In this document: one piece after another, positions 52,540 through 64,000 of the stretch | Numbering within the stretch: the stretch's first letter is position 1 | Layout: every line of letters begins with the position of its first letter | NCBI GenBank assembly: GCA_951406725.2 | Contig: OX597831.1 | Coordinates: 61,256,001-61,320,000, forward strand | Direction of reading: 5' to 3' | DNA length: 64,000 bases | DNA from: Octopus vulgaris | Lineage: Eukaryota | Position numbers and translations under genes: made by a program | The notes under the pieces: generated by a model | Seen by the model: the letters and a program-made list of their open reading frames with translations, nothing else | Database searches by the model: none | Told to the model about the DNA's origin: nothing

Positions 52540-54170
52540 ATATACACACACACATACACACAAATACGCACATATCCACAAACGCACATATACCTCCCAC
52601 ACACATCACACACATACAACACACATATATGCACATATACACACACACACACATACTTCTGCACACATACACACACGCATACATACATACACACACCCAC
52701 ATACACCCACACGCACATACACATATGCACGTACACACACACACACGTGCACAAACGTACACACACATACACATGCACAGGAATGCACAGATACCTATCC
52801 CACACAACCCCATGCACACACAAACACACATACCTCTATAGACACTCACACACATAAACATACACACATAAACATACACACAACCACATACATACACATA
52901 CTCAAGCACATGCGCATACACACAACAGAATGCACACATAACCTGACGCACATCTCCACGTTCACACACACATATACACATGCACGCACATACACACATG
53001 CACACACACACATACACACACACGCACATATACACAAAGCACATACGCACTTAATACACGCACACACACATATAGACACGTACATAAACACACACACACG
53101 CTAGCACAGGTTCGCACTTATACATTTAACACACACAATACACATACAGACACGCACACAATTTACTCACATGGGCACAAACACACACTCACATACACGC
53201 ACACGCACGTAAGCACATGTACACAAGCACACGCACACACATATACACAGGTACGCACATATACGCCTACACAAACCCCATGCACACACGCATACACAAT
53301 TCCCATACACACACATACATATACATACACACACAATATATGCATACACACACACACATACACATACGTATACACATATAGACACATACACACACGCATA
53401 CACATACACATGAGCACGCATACGCACGCACATACGCACACAAATGCACACATACCTAACACTCAACCCAACGCATACATGTATATACACCCACATACGC
53501 ACACACACACGCACATACACACGCATACATACACGCACACACACATGTATACGCAAACACACACACGCACATGTATACACGCACAAAAACACGCACTTAT
53601 ACCCCTACACAACTCCTGGTTCATGCACACGCATGCACACAAAATACACACGCACATAGTCACACATGTACACACGCCCATACACTCACATGCACACATG
53701 TGTATATACACACGCACACACATACATCCCATACACACACAGCACACACTCATACATACACGCAAACAAATATACATGCATGTGCACACACATACGCACA
53801 TACAAACACACACGTACACATACACAAAGTAAAGTAGTCACTCTCCACACACACAGCCCCCATGCATACACACATACACACACGAACACACGCAAACATA
53901 CATACACACACACTGCAAACAAAACACACACAAACTACATATACATACACGCACACACACCTACTTCAAACTACCAGTACCTTCTACTGACCATTCTCCT
54001 ACCACATGTGTAGGTAGATGCACAACAGGTAGCCACTCCTACCAAAATTCTTACTATAAATTCTTGCTATTACCTTAAACGATACTACGCCCAACCACAC
54101 ACATAGATAAACAGCCACACACACCTGTGCGCATGCACATACCCACACATACACACACATACCTCCTTCT
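52540..54170. repeat. 1.6-kb degenerate (CA/TA)-rich low-complexity tract
   Basis: Direct inspection; source of His/Thr and Cys/Val ORFs. Confidence 0.95.
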
Positions 54171-54303
54171 CTTGCACTCTCCTGTCTTTGAAAGAATTTT
54201 TTCTTCACCCATTCCTTCCGGTCATTTCAATATGTGACCACATGTGTATCGTTGGCGATTTTCTTTCTCCATCTTCCCTTCCTTGGACCTTTCCTTTTCC
54301 TAT

Positions 54304-54340
54304 GTTTCTGATGAAGAGCTCCGCTCGAAACGATAAATCT
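54304..54340 (+). ncRNA. Minimal hammerhead-like motif in a PLE-type 3' end (54170-54436), cleavage triplet degenerate
   Basis: GTTT-CTGATGA-A-GAGC TCC GCTC-GAAA-CGAT-AAAT. Confidence 0.55.
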
Positions 54341-54852
54341 TCCTTCTTTCTTTCCTTTCCTGAGCGTCCCATAACATTATATTTGTTCCACGTCCTTGTG
54401 TTGTTGTGTTTTCTCTTTGATCATGTTTGAATTAACTATATATATATATATTATTGTATTTAGGGAATGATCATTTTGCCAGTTTAGCCAATAAAAACAC
54501 ACGCACTATATATTTGGTGTTACTTTGCTTCAGCATTATTTATTTTTTACATCAATCTTAATCTTATTTCGGCCAGAGTTCTTTTGTCACACTTCTGTGA
54601 CCTCATCATCATCTCATGATCAGAGATGCACATATTGTCAGTGATTTAGGGACATGTTCAAGTGTTTAAGGTCAAGCTACTGACTAGCAAATCTGTAGTA
54701 TTGAGCAAGAATATTTGCTATAAAGATATTTCTGCTTTAGCAACTCAGTGCTGAATCTGTCTGAGATGTAATGGAAAAAGGGTCAGTCTCAAAACATTGA
54801 TGTCCAGGTTACAAAAGCAAAGTTTGAAGGGAGAAGTAGTCATTTCCTTTGA

Positions 54853-55295
54853 TTTTACTTCCTCTAAGTGATCGGGTTCGGTCGTCTTCTCCGGGCCATC
54901 AGAGAATATGCCGATGATGGGGCGGAATGCCTCCATGTGTAAGCGGACTCATCAGCCAGATCTGAGGACTTCACCCAACCGTTCGATCGGTAGTAGCGAC
55001 AATCGGTGTGTACAAAGAGTAGGGACGTGTTTGACGCAGGCTTATGACTCGCGCCTACCGGGAATTCCTCATTCACGGGGTTGGTTCCAGGCCCCGATCC
55101 CTATCACGAGAGGTGGTTCAGAGGTTTCCCTACCCTCTCGGGCCAGGGTGGATGTACATGCTGACACCTCCAGTGTAGCACGTGTGCGGCCCCAGACATC
55201 TAAGGGCATCACAGACCTGTTATCGCTCCGCCTCGTGCGGCTTTCTGCCGCCTGTCCCTCTAAGAAGCGCTGCATTCGCCAACCAACTGGCCCGG
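54853..55295 (-). pseudogene. 18S (SSU) rRNA 3'-region pseudogene fragment
   Basis: Minus strand has CTTCTTAGAGGGAC, ATAACAGGTCTGTGATGCCCTTAGATGTC, GCTACACTG, TTTGTACACACCGattGTCGCTACTACCGAT, AGAGGAAGTAAAA; universal motif mutated; no other rDNA in window. Confidence 0.92.
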
Positions 55296-56272
55296 AGGTA
55301 AAATCTGTCTGGCTTGAACATAAAACAGGGAGAAAATTTGGGCCTGATATGACTGGTATAAATGCTAATGGGTTAATTTGAATTGGTACGGAATAATGGT
55401 TGTCATTCGACAAAGTTAAATACAAAGAGATATAATTTAGATGAAGAAGGATTGTAAAAAAAAAATTTATATAAATACAAGACTGAAAAAAAAAGGCAAG
55501 ATCATTGATTGAATGTGAAAGGTAGCATGTGCATATTAGCTGAACACATTACAATTTAGAGAGCAAGGATGCAAATGAGGATGAAATGACATTTGGAAAG
55601 CATTTGTGTGTGCAGCTTTGTGAATGTCCCTTAATGTCAATTATATCATCAACTAATATAATTGGCATTGTCTCCTTTCTTTTTTTCTGCTCGTTGGTTC
55701 TCTTGAAAGGTGCATTAAACACAATTAGCTGCTATGATACTTTCACTATCTTTGTGTATCAGTAAAACAAAATTCTAAAAAGTGACAGATCACTGAGCAG
55801 AGCAGAAATGTTGTTTTATAAGCTTCACTGTCCATTCATAAATTGCACACATGCACAAACACGTGTATAAACACATACAGGTTCTCATATTTATATGTAT
55901 ATATATACATAATTTGAATGTGCGTGTGTGGTTATGGTGTGTTGCACACATAGTCACAAGATGAAGGTTTTGACGCCCAAACTAGCAGAGCATTGTGTTG
56001 TTGAACAAAACACTTCATTTCACATTGCTCCACTCCACTCAACTGTAAATGAATATGGGATAAGCTTACTGAAGACTGGCATCACATTCAGGGATAACGT
56101 TTGCCTACTCACTAAGCCAATGACATGACACAATTTAAAAAAGCTTCAATGTGAGGAAGGACATTGTGACTAACTTTGTATAACAACTTCCAACTGTCTA
56201 GTCAATACAGACACAGTATTATATATATATATATATATAATCAAAATAAGCAACAAGTATATCCAAGGTAAT

Positions 56273-56358
56273 GTGGTACAATCGTTTCATGCTACTTCAT
56301 TTTATTAAACACTGTAAGTATTACATCAGTTTTAAAATGTCAAGCAATCTTCAGCCAC
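56273..56358 (-). ncRNA. Type I hammerhead-like motif in a (TA)n-flanked element (56239-56500)
   Basis: Reverse complement: GTGG-CTGAAGA-TTGCT...AGCAT-GAAA-CGATTG-TA-CCAC. Confidence 0.65.
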
Positions 56359-56569
56359 TTATAGAAATTTTCCAATCAAACGGACAATGCACATTCTTAT
56401 CTCTATTTCATTTGCCAACATTATAAAGAGGGTACCATACAAAATTCTGGTGCCTTTGACTTAAGTACTATATTCATCTGAATCTAAATTTTGCTGAACT
56501 TATATATATATATATATATGATTTTTTTATTACCCACAGGGGGATATACACAGAATGGGAGTATATATA

Positions 56570-58340
56570 ATAACTGGTGTAGCAGCATAATAGTCAACTG
56601 CTACAAAAGTAAAGGTGATGCTTTAGATACAAATAATTACAGAGGTATCAAGTTGTTGGATCAGGCAATGAAGATCACAGAGAGGGTCATAGCCTAACTA
56701 ATTAGGGAGAGAGTCAGTTTAGATGAGATGCAGTTTGGGTTCATGCCAGGGAAAGCACCACTGATGCTATATTTCTGGTAAGACAGCTGTAGGAGAAATA
56801 CCTAGCCAAAGATAAACAGCTGTACCTGGCTTTCGTTGACATGGAGAAAGCCTTTGACAGGGTCTCCCGATCCCTTATCTGGTGGTCAATGAGGAAACTA
56901 GGGATAGATTAATGGTCAGTGTGCAAGCCATGTAGAGGGATGCTGTCGGTAAGGTGAGGGTTGGCAGCAAGTACAGTGAAGAACTCCAGGTAGAGGTAGG
57001 GGGCCACCAAGGTTCAGTCCTCAGCCCCCTCCTATTTATCATATTCCTCCAGGCAATAACAGAGGAATTCAAGACAGGATGCCCCTGGGAGCTCCTCTAT
57101 GCTGACGACCTAGATGAACAAGTTAGTAGTAGGGGAGGGTGTAGTGAAAGTGTAGCTGCTAGAATAAGAATAGCCTGGGCAAAGTTCAGAAAGCTCTTAC
57201 CTCTGCTGGTGACAAAGGGCGTCTCGCTCAGAGTAAAAGGTAGACTGTATGATGCATGTATACAAACAGCCATGCTATATGGCAGTGAAACATGGGCTGT
57301 GACTGCTGAGGGCATATATAAGCTTGCAAGGAAGGAAACCAGTATGATCTGATGGATATGTAATGTCAGTGTGCATACTAGACAGAGTGTTAGTACCTTG
57401 AGAGAAATGTTGAACCTAAGAAGCATCAGATGTGGTGTTCAAGAGAGACGACTGCGCTGGTATGGTCATGTGGCAAGAATGGATGAGGATAGCTGTGTGA
57501 AAAAGTGCCACACCCTAGCGGTTGAGGGAACCTGTGGAAGAGGTAGACCCAGGAAGACTCGGGATGAAGTGGTGAAGCACTACCTACGAACTTTAGGCCT
57601 CACCAAGGAAATGACTAGTGACCAAGACTTTTGGAAATATGCCATGTGTGAGAAGACCCAGCAAGCCAAATGAAACCATAATCTCATGGTTTATGCCAGG
57701 GGCGTAACCAGTCCACTTATATGTACCTTTTCCTTCTTTGGACACTAAAATTCTGCTTGCAAAGACCTGTTGAGGTAAGTGAAGTCAAAATCAAATCAAA
57801 TTCAATGACTGGCGTACGTGCTAGCAGGGTGCAAAGAGCACCATATGAGTGTGATCATTGACAGAGCGGCTAACTGGCTTCAGTGCCAGTGACACTTAAA
57901 AGGCACCATTCGAACCTGATCATTACCAGCGTCACCTTACTGGCACTCGAGCCCCATGCTAGTAGGGTATTAAGAGCACCATCCAAGCATGATCGTTGTG
58001 AGAGCACCTATCTGGCCTCTGTGCCAGTGGCACGCAAAAGACACCATTCGAGCGTGATCGTTACCAGCATCGCTTTACTGACACCTGTGCTGGTGGCATG
58101 TCTAAAAGATTCGAGTGAGGTCATTGCCAGTATTGCCAGACTGGCCCTTGCGCTGGTGTCACGTAAAAGCACCCACTACACTCTCGGAGTGGTTGGCATT
58201 AAGAATGGGCATCCAGCTGTAGAAACTCTGCCAGATCAAGATTGAAGCCTGGTGCAGCCATCTGGTTTGCCAGCCCTCAGTAATTCATCCAACCCGTGCT
58301 AGCATGGAAAGCGGACGTTAAACGATGATGATGATGATGA
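56570..58340 (+). mobile_element. 5'-truncated RTE-clade LINE (RT with internal deletion, repetitive 3' UTR, (GAT)n tail)
   Basis: NYRGIKLL, QFGFMPG, TDAIFLVRQL, FVDMEKAFDRV, HQGSVLSPLLF, LLYADDL, MLYGSETW, RRLRWYGHV, RGRPRKT; stops and frameshifts. Confidence 0.95.
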
Positions 58341-59179
58341 TATATATATATCTCGTTGCTATTATGCAAAAGTGCTTGAAGTCCAAAACGTTGCTTTTTT
58401 CAGAAAACGAAAAATAGTTTCACCATTTCATAGCAAAACTGTTCTACTACACTTTGACAAATTTTTATATCTTAGCATCTGAAACATCTAGAGATATGAT
58501 AGTTTGACCAAAAGAACCAGCTATTGTAAGCAAAAATAAATATTGAAAAAATGGATATACGACAGTTTAACATAATAGAAATGATATGTACATACATATA
58601 TAAGTCTGTGTGTGTATGCGTATGTATATATGTATGTATGTGTATATATGTATGTATATGTATGTATGAATATATATGTATGTATATGTACGTATGAATA
58701 TATATGTATGTATATGTATGTAATATGTGCGTGTATTTTCAGTTATATCTTATTTATAGAAAGCTTAAGAAGATCATGTATTTCATTCAAATAAACTCTG
58801 CAAATCCACACTAAAACTGAATATTTATCAGTTCTGGATTTTCCACAGGTGCTTTGTATTTCAAAACACAGAGATTATATTGGATAATGCAGCTGTAGAT
58901 AAATGTAGAATGGTTATGTCTGGAACAAAATCAGTTGTATGTCTGCTTGGACACAACTGACCTTGGAGCAAGCAATAATAAAAAATCACCATAAAACTTC
59001 TCTTTTGCTTTTAAGCCACAATCAGCATTAGCAAGGGACAGTATTCTGCTTTTCATAAAGTTCTTTGCGTTGTGATACTTCATGCTGTAATTTGATGTAT
59101 TTCCATTTACCTATGAAAAAATAGGGATTTTGTTAATTAATCCACCTTCATACCTGCCATTTCAGGTATGAAGTTAGTT

Positions 59180-59575
59180 TCTCAATAACATGGTTTTCAA
59201 TTCAGTCCCATTGCATGGCATCTTTGGCAAGTTTTTATTTTCTATAGCTCCAGGTTGTCCAAAGCTTTGTGAGTGGATTTCGCAGTTGGAAACTGAAAGA
59301 AGCCCATGGTGTTTGTGTGTGCATGTGTATGTGTGTGTGTGTGCATGTGTTTGTGTGTGTGTGTGTGTATTCATGTCACCTTGTCCTGACATTGCATAAT
59401 AGTTATAAAATAGTTGTCTGATCGTGGGGTAATATTACCTGGTTTGGAATTGGAAACAGGTGATGGTTGATGATAGACAAGGTATCTGAGCAGGAAAAAA
59501 AATCTGCTGCAATAATCTCTGTCTAATCCATGCAAATATATAAAAATGTGCATAAAAGCAATGATGATATTAATG
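59180..59575 (+). mobile_element. Old SINE with family-A-like head and RTE-like tail
   Basis: TTCAGTCCCATTGCATGGCATCTTTGGCAAG head; 3' part resembles a degraded version of the 58185-58340 tail ending ATGATGAT. Confidence 0.6.
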
Positions 59576-60481
59576 AACATGTGTAGCTGGGGGTAGTTGT
59601 GTTTGTTGCTTCAATTCACTTAATAGATTTTCTGATATCACTTAATTGCTTTCTAATTCTACCTTGACTAAATGAGGCTAATTTTTTTTAATCATGTATT
59701 TAACATTAAATGTAATATTTTGCTCGTAGCATGAATTTGAATGTACAGTTTACAAAGAGTGTTACTGACAAGAAATGTCAGATGAAATAAAAGGAGTAAA
59801 GTACATGGTTATAAAGGCATGCTTTTAGCTAAACTTTGCTATTGCAATGCCATCATAAATCTTAACGTAAATCTTCTATACAGTCCAGCATTTTTAATAT
59901 GTTGAAAGGAATAGAAATATGATTTATACTCATCACATGTTGTGAACACTGCATGTACACGTGCGGTAACAATGGATGATTGTACAAGAATTCTATAATA
60001 CCATCTTCACATCCATAATTTCATTTACAGTTTCCAAACAAGCACATTCACTAACACAAGCACACACATTTATACGCTTACGCACTTTTCTCTGAAGGCA
60101 GGCTACCGATAACCAATATCACCTGATAAGAACACGTTGGATAATGTAATCCAAGACATGTAAAAAACGCAAGATGGTCATGGCAGGAGAGTACTTCAGC
60201 ATAGATCTGCTCAATTAAATTTCACCTGGGGCAAAACAGTATCAAAAACACAGTGAACCTTATGTTTTCCTGTGAACAATAACTTTAGATTACTGCTTTA
60301 TATTGGTGTTGTTATTGTTATTATAGGCAGAGAATGGCTGTGAGGTTAAGAGACTTTTTGCACAACCAAGCAGTTTCATGCTCAGCAAGTGCTTTCTACT
60401 ACAGCTTCAGGTTACTCAATGCCTTTTGAATGAATTTGGTAGAAGAAAACTGTGTTGAAGCCCATTATATATATATATATA

Positions 60482-60690
60482 TCTGTAAAATAATATGTGA
60501 CAATTATTTGGTAGCCAAGATAAAACTCTGAGTTTCGGATGCCGAGGTTGAAATCCACAACACCATCTCTTCGGTTATCTGGCCATCTGAAAAAAACGCT
60601 ATGAAAAAAGACCGTTATACAAAGGGAAATTACTGTGTTATAGTCTGCAACTTATATAAAAGCGCTAATTAAAATAAGGTTAAAAGTTCA
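60482..60690 (-). mobile_element. (TA)n-flanked PLE-type repeat with hammerhead-like motif (60514-60584)
   Basis: Reverse complement: GATAA-CCGAAGA-GATG...CATC-C-GAAA-CTCAGAG-TTTTATC; homologous to 36960-37135. Confidence 0.65.
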
Positions 60691-60699
60691 TATATATAC

Positions 60700-61397
60700 A
60701 AGTGCCATTGGACGGGTTCCTGTGCAGGTGGCATATAAAAAACACCATTTGAGTGTGGCCCTTGCCAGTACCGCCTGACTGGCCCTCGTGCCAGTGGCAC
60801 GTAAAAGCACCCACTACGCTCCCAGAGTGGTTGGCGTTAGGAAGAGCATCCAGCTGTAGAGACTCTGCCAGATCGAAATTGGAGCCTGGTGCAGCCATCT
60901 GGTTTACCAGTCATCAGTCAAATCGTCTGACCCGTGCTAGCAGGGAAAGCAAACATTAAACGATGATGATGAGGAGGAGGATGATATATATATATACAGA
61001 GAGAGAGAGATAGAATCAACAGATGAAATGCAAATATGTTCAATACAGAAAAGAATAGCACTCAAATGATTTGAACTTACACTCCAAAATCTTTACTGAG
61101 GACCAAGGGTAGCCATAAGAGGAAATAAGGATGCAAATAAACAAATAAAACTACTTGAGCTATAAAATATACATGAATATATGTATCATTTTTTTTATAT
61201 CTTGCTCAAGTGGGTTTACTTGTTTATTCTATTATATATGTATGGAGTGGTTGGCGTTTGGAAGGGCATCCAGCCGTAGAAACATTGCCATATCAGACTG
61301 GGCCTGGTGCAGCCTTCTGGCTTCCCAGACCCCAGTTGCACCGTCCAACCCATGCCAGCATGAAAAGCGGACGCTAAACGATGATGATGATGATGAT
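60700..61397 (+). mobile_element. Two RTE 3'-end fragments (60700-60985, 61243-61397)
   Basis: GAGTGGTTGGCGTT.GGAAG.GCATCCAGC...AAACGATGATGAT. Confidence 0.85.
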
Positions 61398-61399
61398 AT

Positions 61400-61675
61400 A
61401 TCTAACCCCCCTCTCCCCCCTCCTCACCTATCCTTTCTCCCCCCGACCCCTACTTCTTCAGTCCTTCATCCTTTCACCCCTACTCCCCTTCCCTTCTTCC
61501 CTCTTTCTCCCTCCCTCTTCCCCTTCCCTCTGCTCCCTCACTCCCTCTCTCCCCCTCTCCCTCTTTCCTCCTTCATCCCCCTCCTCCCCTTCCTTCTCCC
61601 CCATCCTCTCCTCTTCCCCCTTCTCCTCCCCTCTTCTTCCCCTCGCCTTCTCTCCCCCTCCCCCTCTTCTCCTCA
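61400..61675. repeat. Polypyrimidine/polypurine (CT-rich) tract
   Basis: Almost pure C/T for ~270 bp. Confidence 0.9.
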
Positions 61676-62361
61676 CTACACCACATGACTTTACACATCA
61701 CATCACATATGATGTGCCATACTAATACACACACCAACTAATACATACTAATACGTACTAATACATACCAGTACATACTAATACTTACACCAACCCTATA
61801 CATACACACGTCCAGACCCCGCATACGCACTTATACTCTCTCACACACACACACACACACACCTATACATACCAATACGTACTAATACATACTAATACAT
61901 ACTAATACAACCAACCCCATACATACGCACGTCCAGACCAATCTTACGCACTAATACTCTCTCATACACACACATACACACACACACACCCTTATACATA
62001 CTAATACATACACCAACCCTATACATACACACATCCAGACCCCTCCCACGCACTTTTAGCTGGTCCCTCAACCCTTTCATCAACCCTATTATCTCCCCTT
62101 ATTTCGCTCTCGCGTCTCATGTTTGATCTTTGACCTCTGGCCGAAATCAGATCGCCATGTTGATTCGTTAGCTACTGCACGCATTTTTTTTCTCTTCTTC
62201 TTTCTGTGTTTTTCTCTCTCTGTGTATCTTTCTGTTGAAGAGCGTAGGCTCGAAACGTTAAAGACTTGTTTTATTTATATTTCCTGAGCGCCATACTAAT
62301 ACAATTGTTCGTTTGTTTTCCACCTGCCTTCGTCTTTTGTTTATTTTCATAAAGCTTCCCG

Positions 62362-62362
<1 letters not shown>
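61670..62362 (+). mobile_element. PLE-derived repeat family C with hammerhead-like motif (62227-62264)
   Basis: Homologous to 14615-15110; identical TCTTT-CTGTTGA-A-GAGCGTAGGCTC-GAAA-CGTT-AAAGA; ends at (TA)n. Confidence 0.75.
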
Positions 62363-62397
<35 letters not shown>

Positions 62398-62559
62398 GGT
62401 AAAAGAAAACAAAACCAAGGTAGGACGATCATCATCTCAGGTCATTTGGAATATTTAATCAAGTAAGGTGAATATATATTTTTACATGAGTGTATGCCTT
62501 TGTGTACTGACAAAAGGTATTTGGTTTGTTTATTTGTTCCCCACTGCAAAGTAGCATTT

Positions 62560-62676
62560 CAAAGGATGAAAGGCAAAGTCGACCTCAGTGGAATTTGAAC
62601 CCAGAACGTAGCGGCAGAAGAAATACGCCTAAGCATTTCACCCGGCATGCTAACGTTTCTGCCAGCTTGCCACCTT
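62560..62676 (-). mobile_element. SINE B 5' half
   Basis: AAAGGATGAAAGGCAAAGTCGACCTC...TGCCAGCTTGCCACC. Confidence 0.85.
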
Positions 62677-63039
62677 AATATTTTAGTTTCTTGCCAACCA
62701 ATTTATGATGTTATGTAGTGATTTTACACTGGAAATAAATAGTTAAATTCAGCAATCAAAAGACGTGAGCTTTTTGAGTTTTGGAGGCTTTAAAACACTA
62801 TATTCAGTTTATGGATCTCATGCAGGCTATTCCACATTACTACATAAGGAACATAGGGCTGGTTTCTTTAGCATATATTCTTCTCTGGACACCAGTCTAT
62901 AACAAGATCACTTATTTTTTACCAGCTGAGTAGACTGCAGCCACATGATATAAAATGCTTTGCACAAGAACACAATGTATCACATGAGCCAAGAATCAAA
63001 ACCACAATCTTACAAGCCATGTGCCTCCATTTATGCACC

Positions 63040-63290
63040 TCATCATCATCATCATCATCATCATTTAACGTCCGCTTTCCATGGGTTGGATGATTTGACT
63101 GTAGTCTGGTGAACCAGATGGCTGCACCAGACTCCAATCTGATCTGGCAGAGTTTCTACAGCTGGATGCCCTTCCTAATGCCAACCACTCCAAGAGTGTA
63201 GTGGGTACTTTTATGTGCCACTGGCACGAGGGCCAGTCAGGCAGTACTGGCAGCAGCAACGCTCAAATGGTGTTTTTTATGTGCCACCTC
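63040..63290 (-). mobile_element. RTE 3'-end fragment
   Basis: (CAT)n followed by the reverse complement of the 60730-60985 sequence. Confidence 0.85.
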
Positions 63291-64000
63291 AGAATTGTTA
63301 AAAAATAAAATAAAATTCATAGCTGAAAGAACACATTCCACTTTCTTATATTTGATTATGGGATAGAGAAGAAATAAGGTTGAGGTGGAGAAGGTGAGGT
63401 GTAGAGAGGGAGGTCAAGTAGAGGCCCAGAAAAGAGTTGGGGGAAATTAAATGGGAAGGAGTTGGGGTTAGTTGGTGTTAGACATGTGTGGTTGTGTATA
63501 AATGTGTATAAGTTTCGATATATTAATACCTGGTGAATGAGGAATATTAATCTCTCATTTAGCACTGATCTTTGAAAAGCTGACACCTATACTTAGGGTG
63601 AACCTGATCAGCCTGCTAATATATATTTGCATGCCTGCTAATTTATACTTGCGCTCATGAAGACAAGAAGATAAAACTCACTTTTTAAAGTTTAGATAGT
63701 CCCTAGGTGGAAGGAGTTCTTCAATATTATTAATTGTTTGATTGATTGATTGATTGAGTGAGTGAGTGAGTGAGTGATTGATTGATTGATTGATGGATGG
63801 ATGGATGGATGGATAAATGGATGGATGGATTTTCCTTCTGAACTTTTCCTATGGAATTTTCTTTCCTTTTTTTTTTCTTTTTTACTATCCACAAGCCAGA
63901 GGTGATGCTTCCTGACCTCTACTTGCAGAGAACCACTTCCATACTTTTCACATCAGCCCTTCTGATGAGATCCGGGATTAGGTTTTCCCCTAAATCTCAT

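Noticed and set aside
54908-55425. 157-aa and 118-aa ORFs, and a functional rRNA gene
   Set aside because: ORFs are chance frames over the 18S fragment; the fragment is partial, mutated at universal positions and lacks ITS/28S context.
63955-64000. CTGATGA near the window end
   Set aside because: No matching GAAA or helix I partner within the window.

Overview
AT-rich animal genomic DNA, most likely octopus. This is an inference from the tRNA-headed SINE families and microsatellite landscape, not from a search. No intact protein-coding gene is supportable, and nearly all listed ORFs are microsatellite artefacts. The window is dominated by transposon remnants: several SINE families, decayed RTE, CR1 and R4/Dong LINEs, Penelope-like element (PLE) fragments (RT at 1-505, GIY-YIG at 38521-38802), a truncated Ty3/Gypsy element with LTR and PBS, two mariners plus MITEs, and a nested non-autonomous Helitron. 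It also holds an 18S rRNA pseudogene fragment. The strongest unexplained signal is about 15 type I hammerhead-ribozyme-like motifs from several unrelated short repeat families. Many sit next to (TA)n tracts and several form fold-back palindromes; 28641-28953 carries a canonical hammerhead core on both strands. Also notable are a decayed ~300-codon ORF of unknown origin split by a SINE, and an apparent TACC target preference that makes one SINE family insert into itself. All calls were made by eye; no computation or database search was run.
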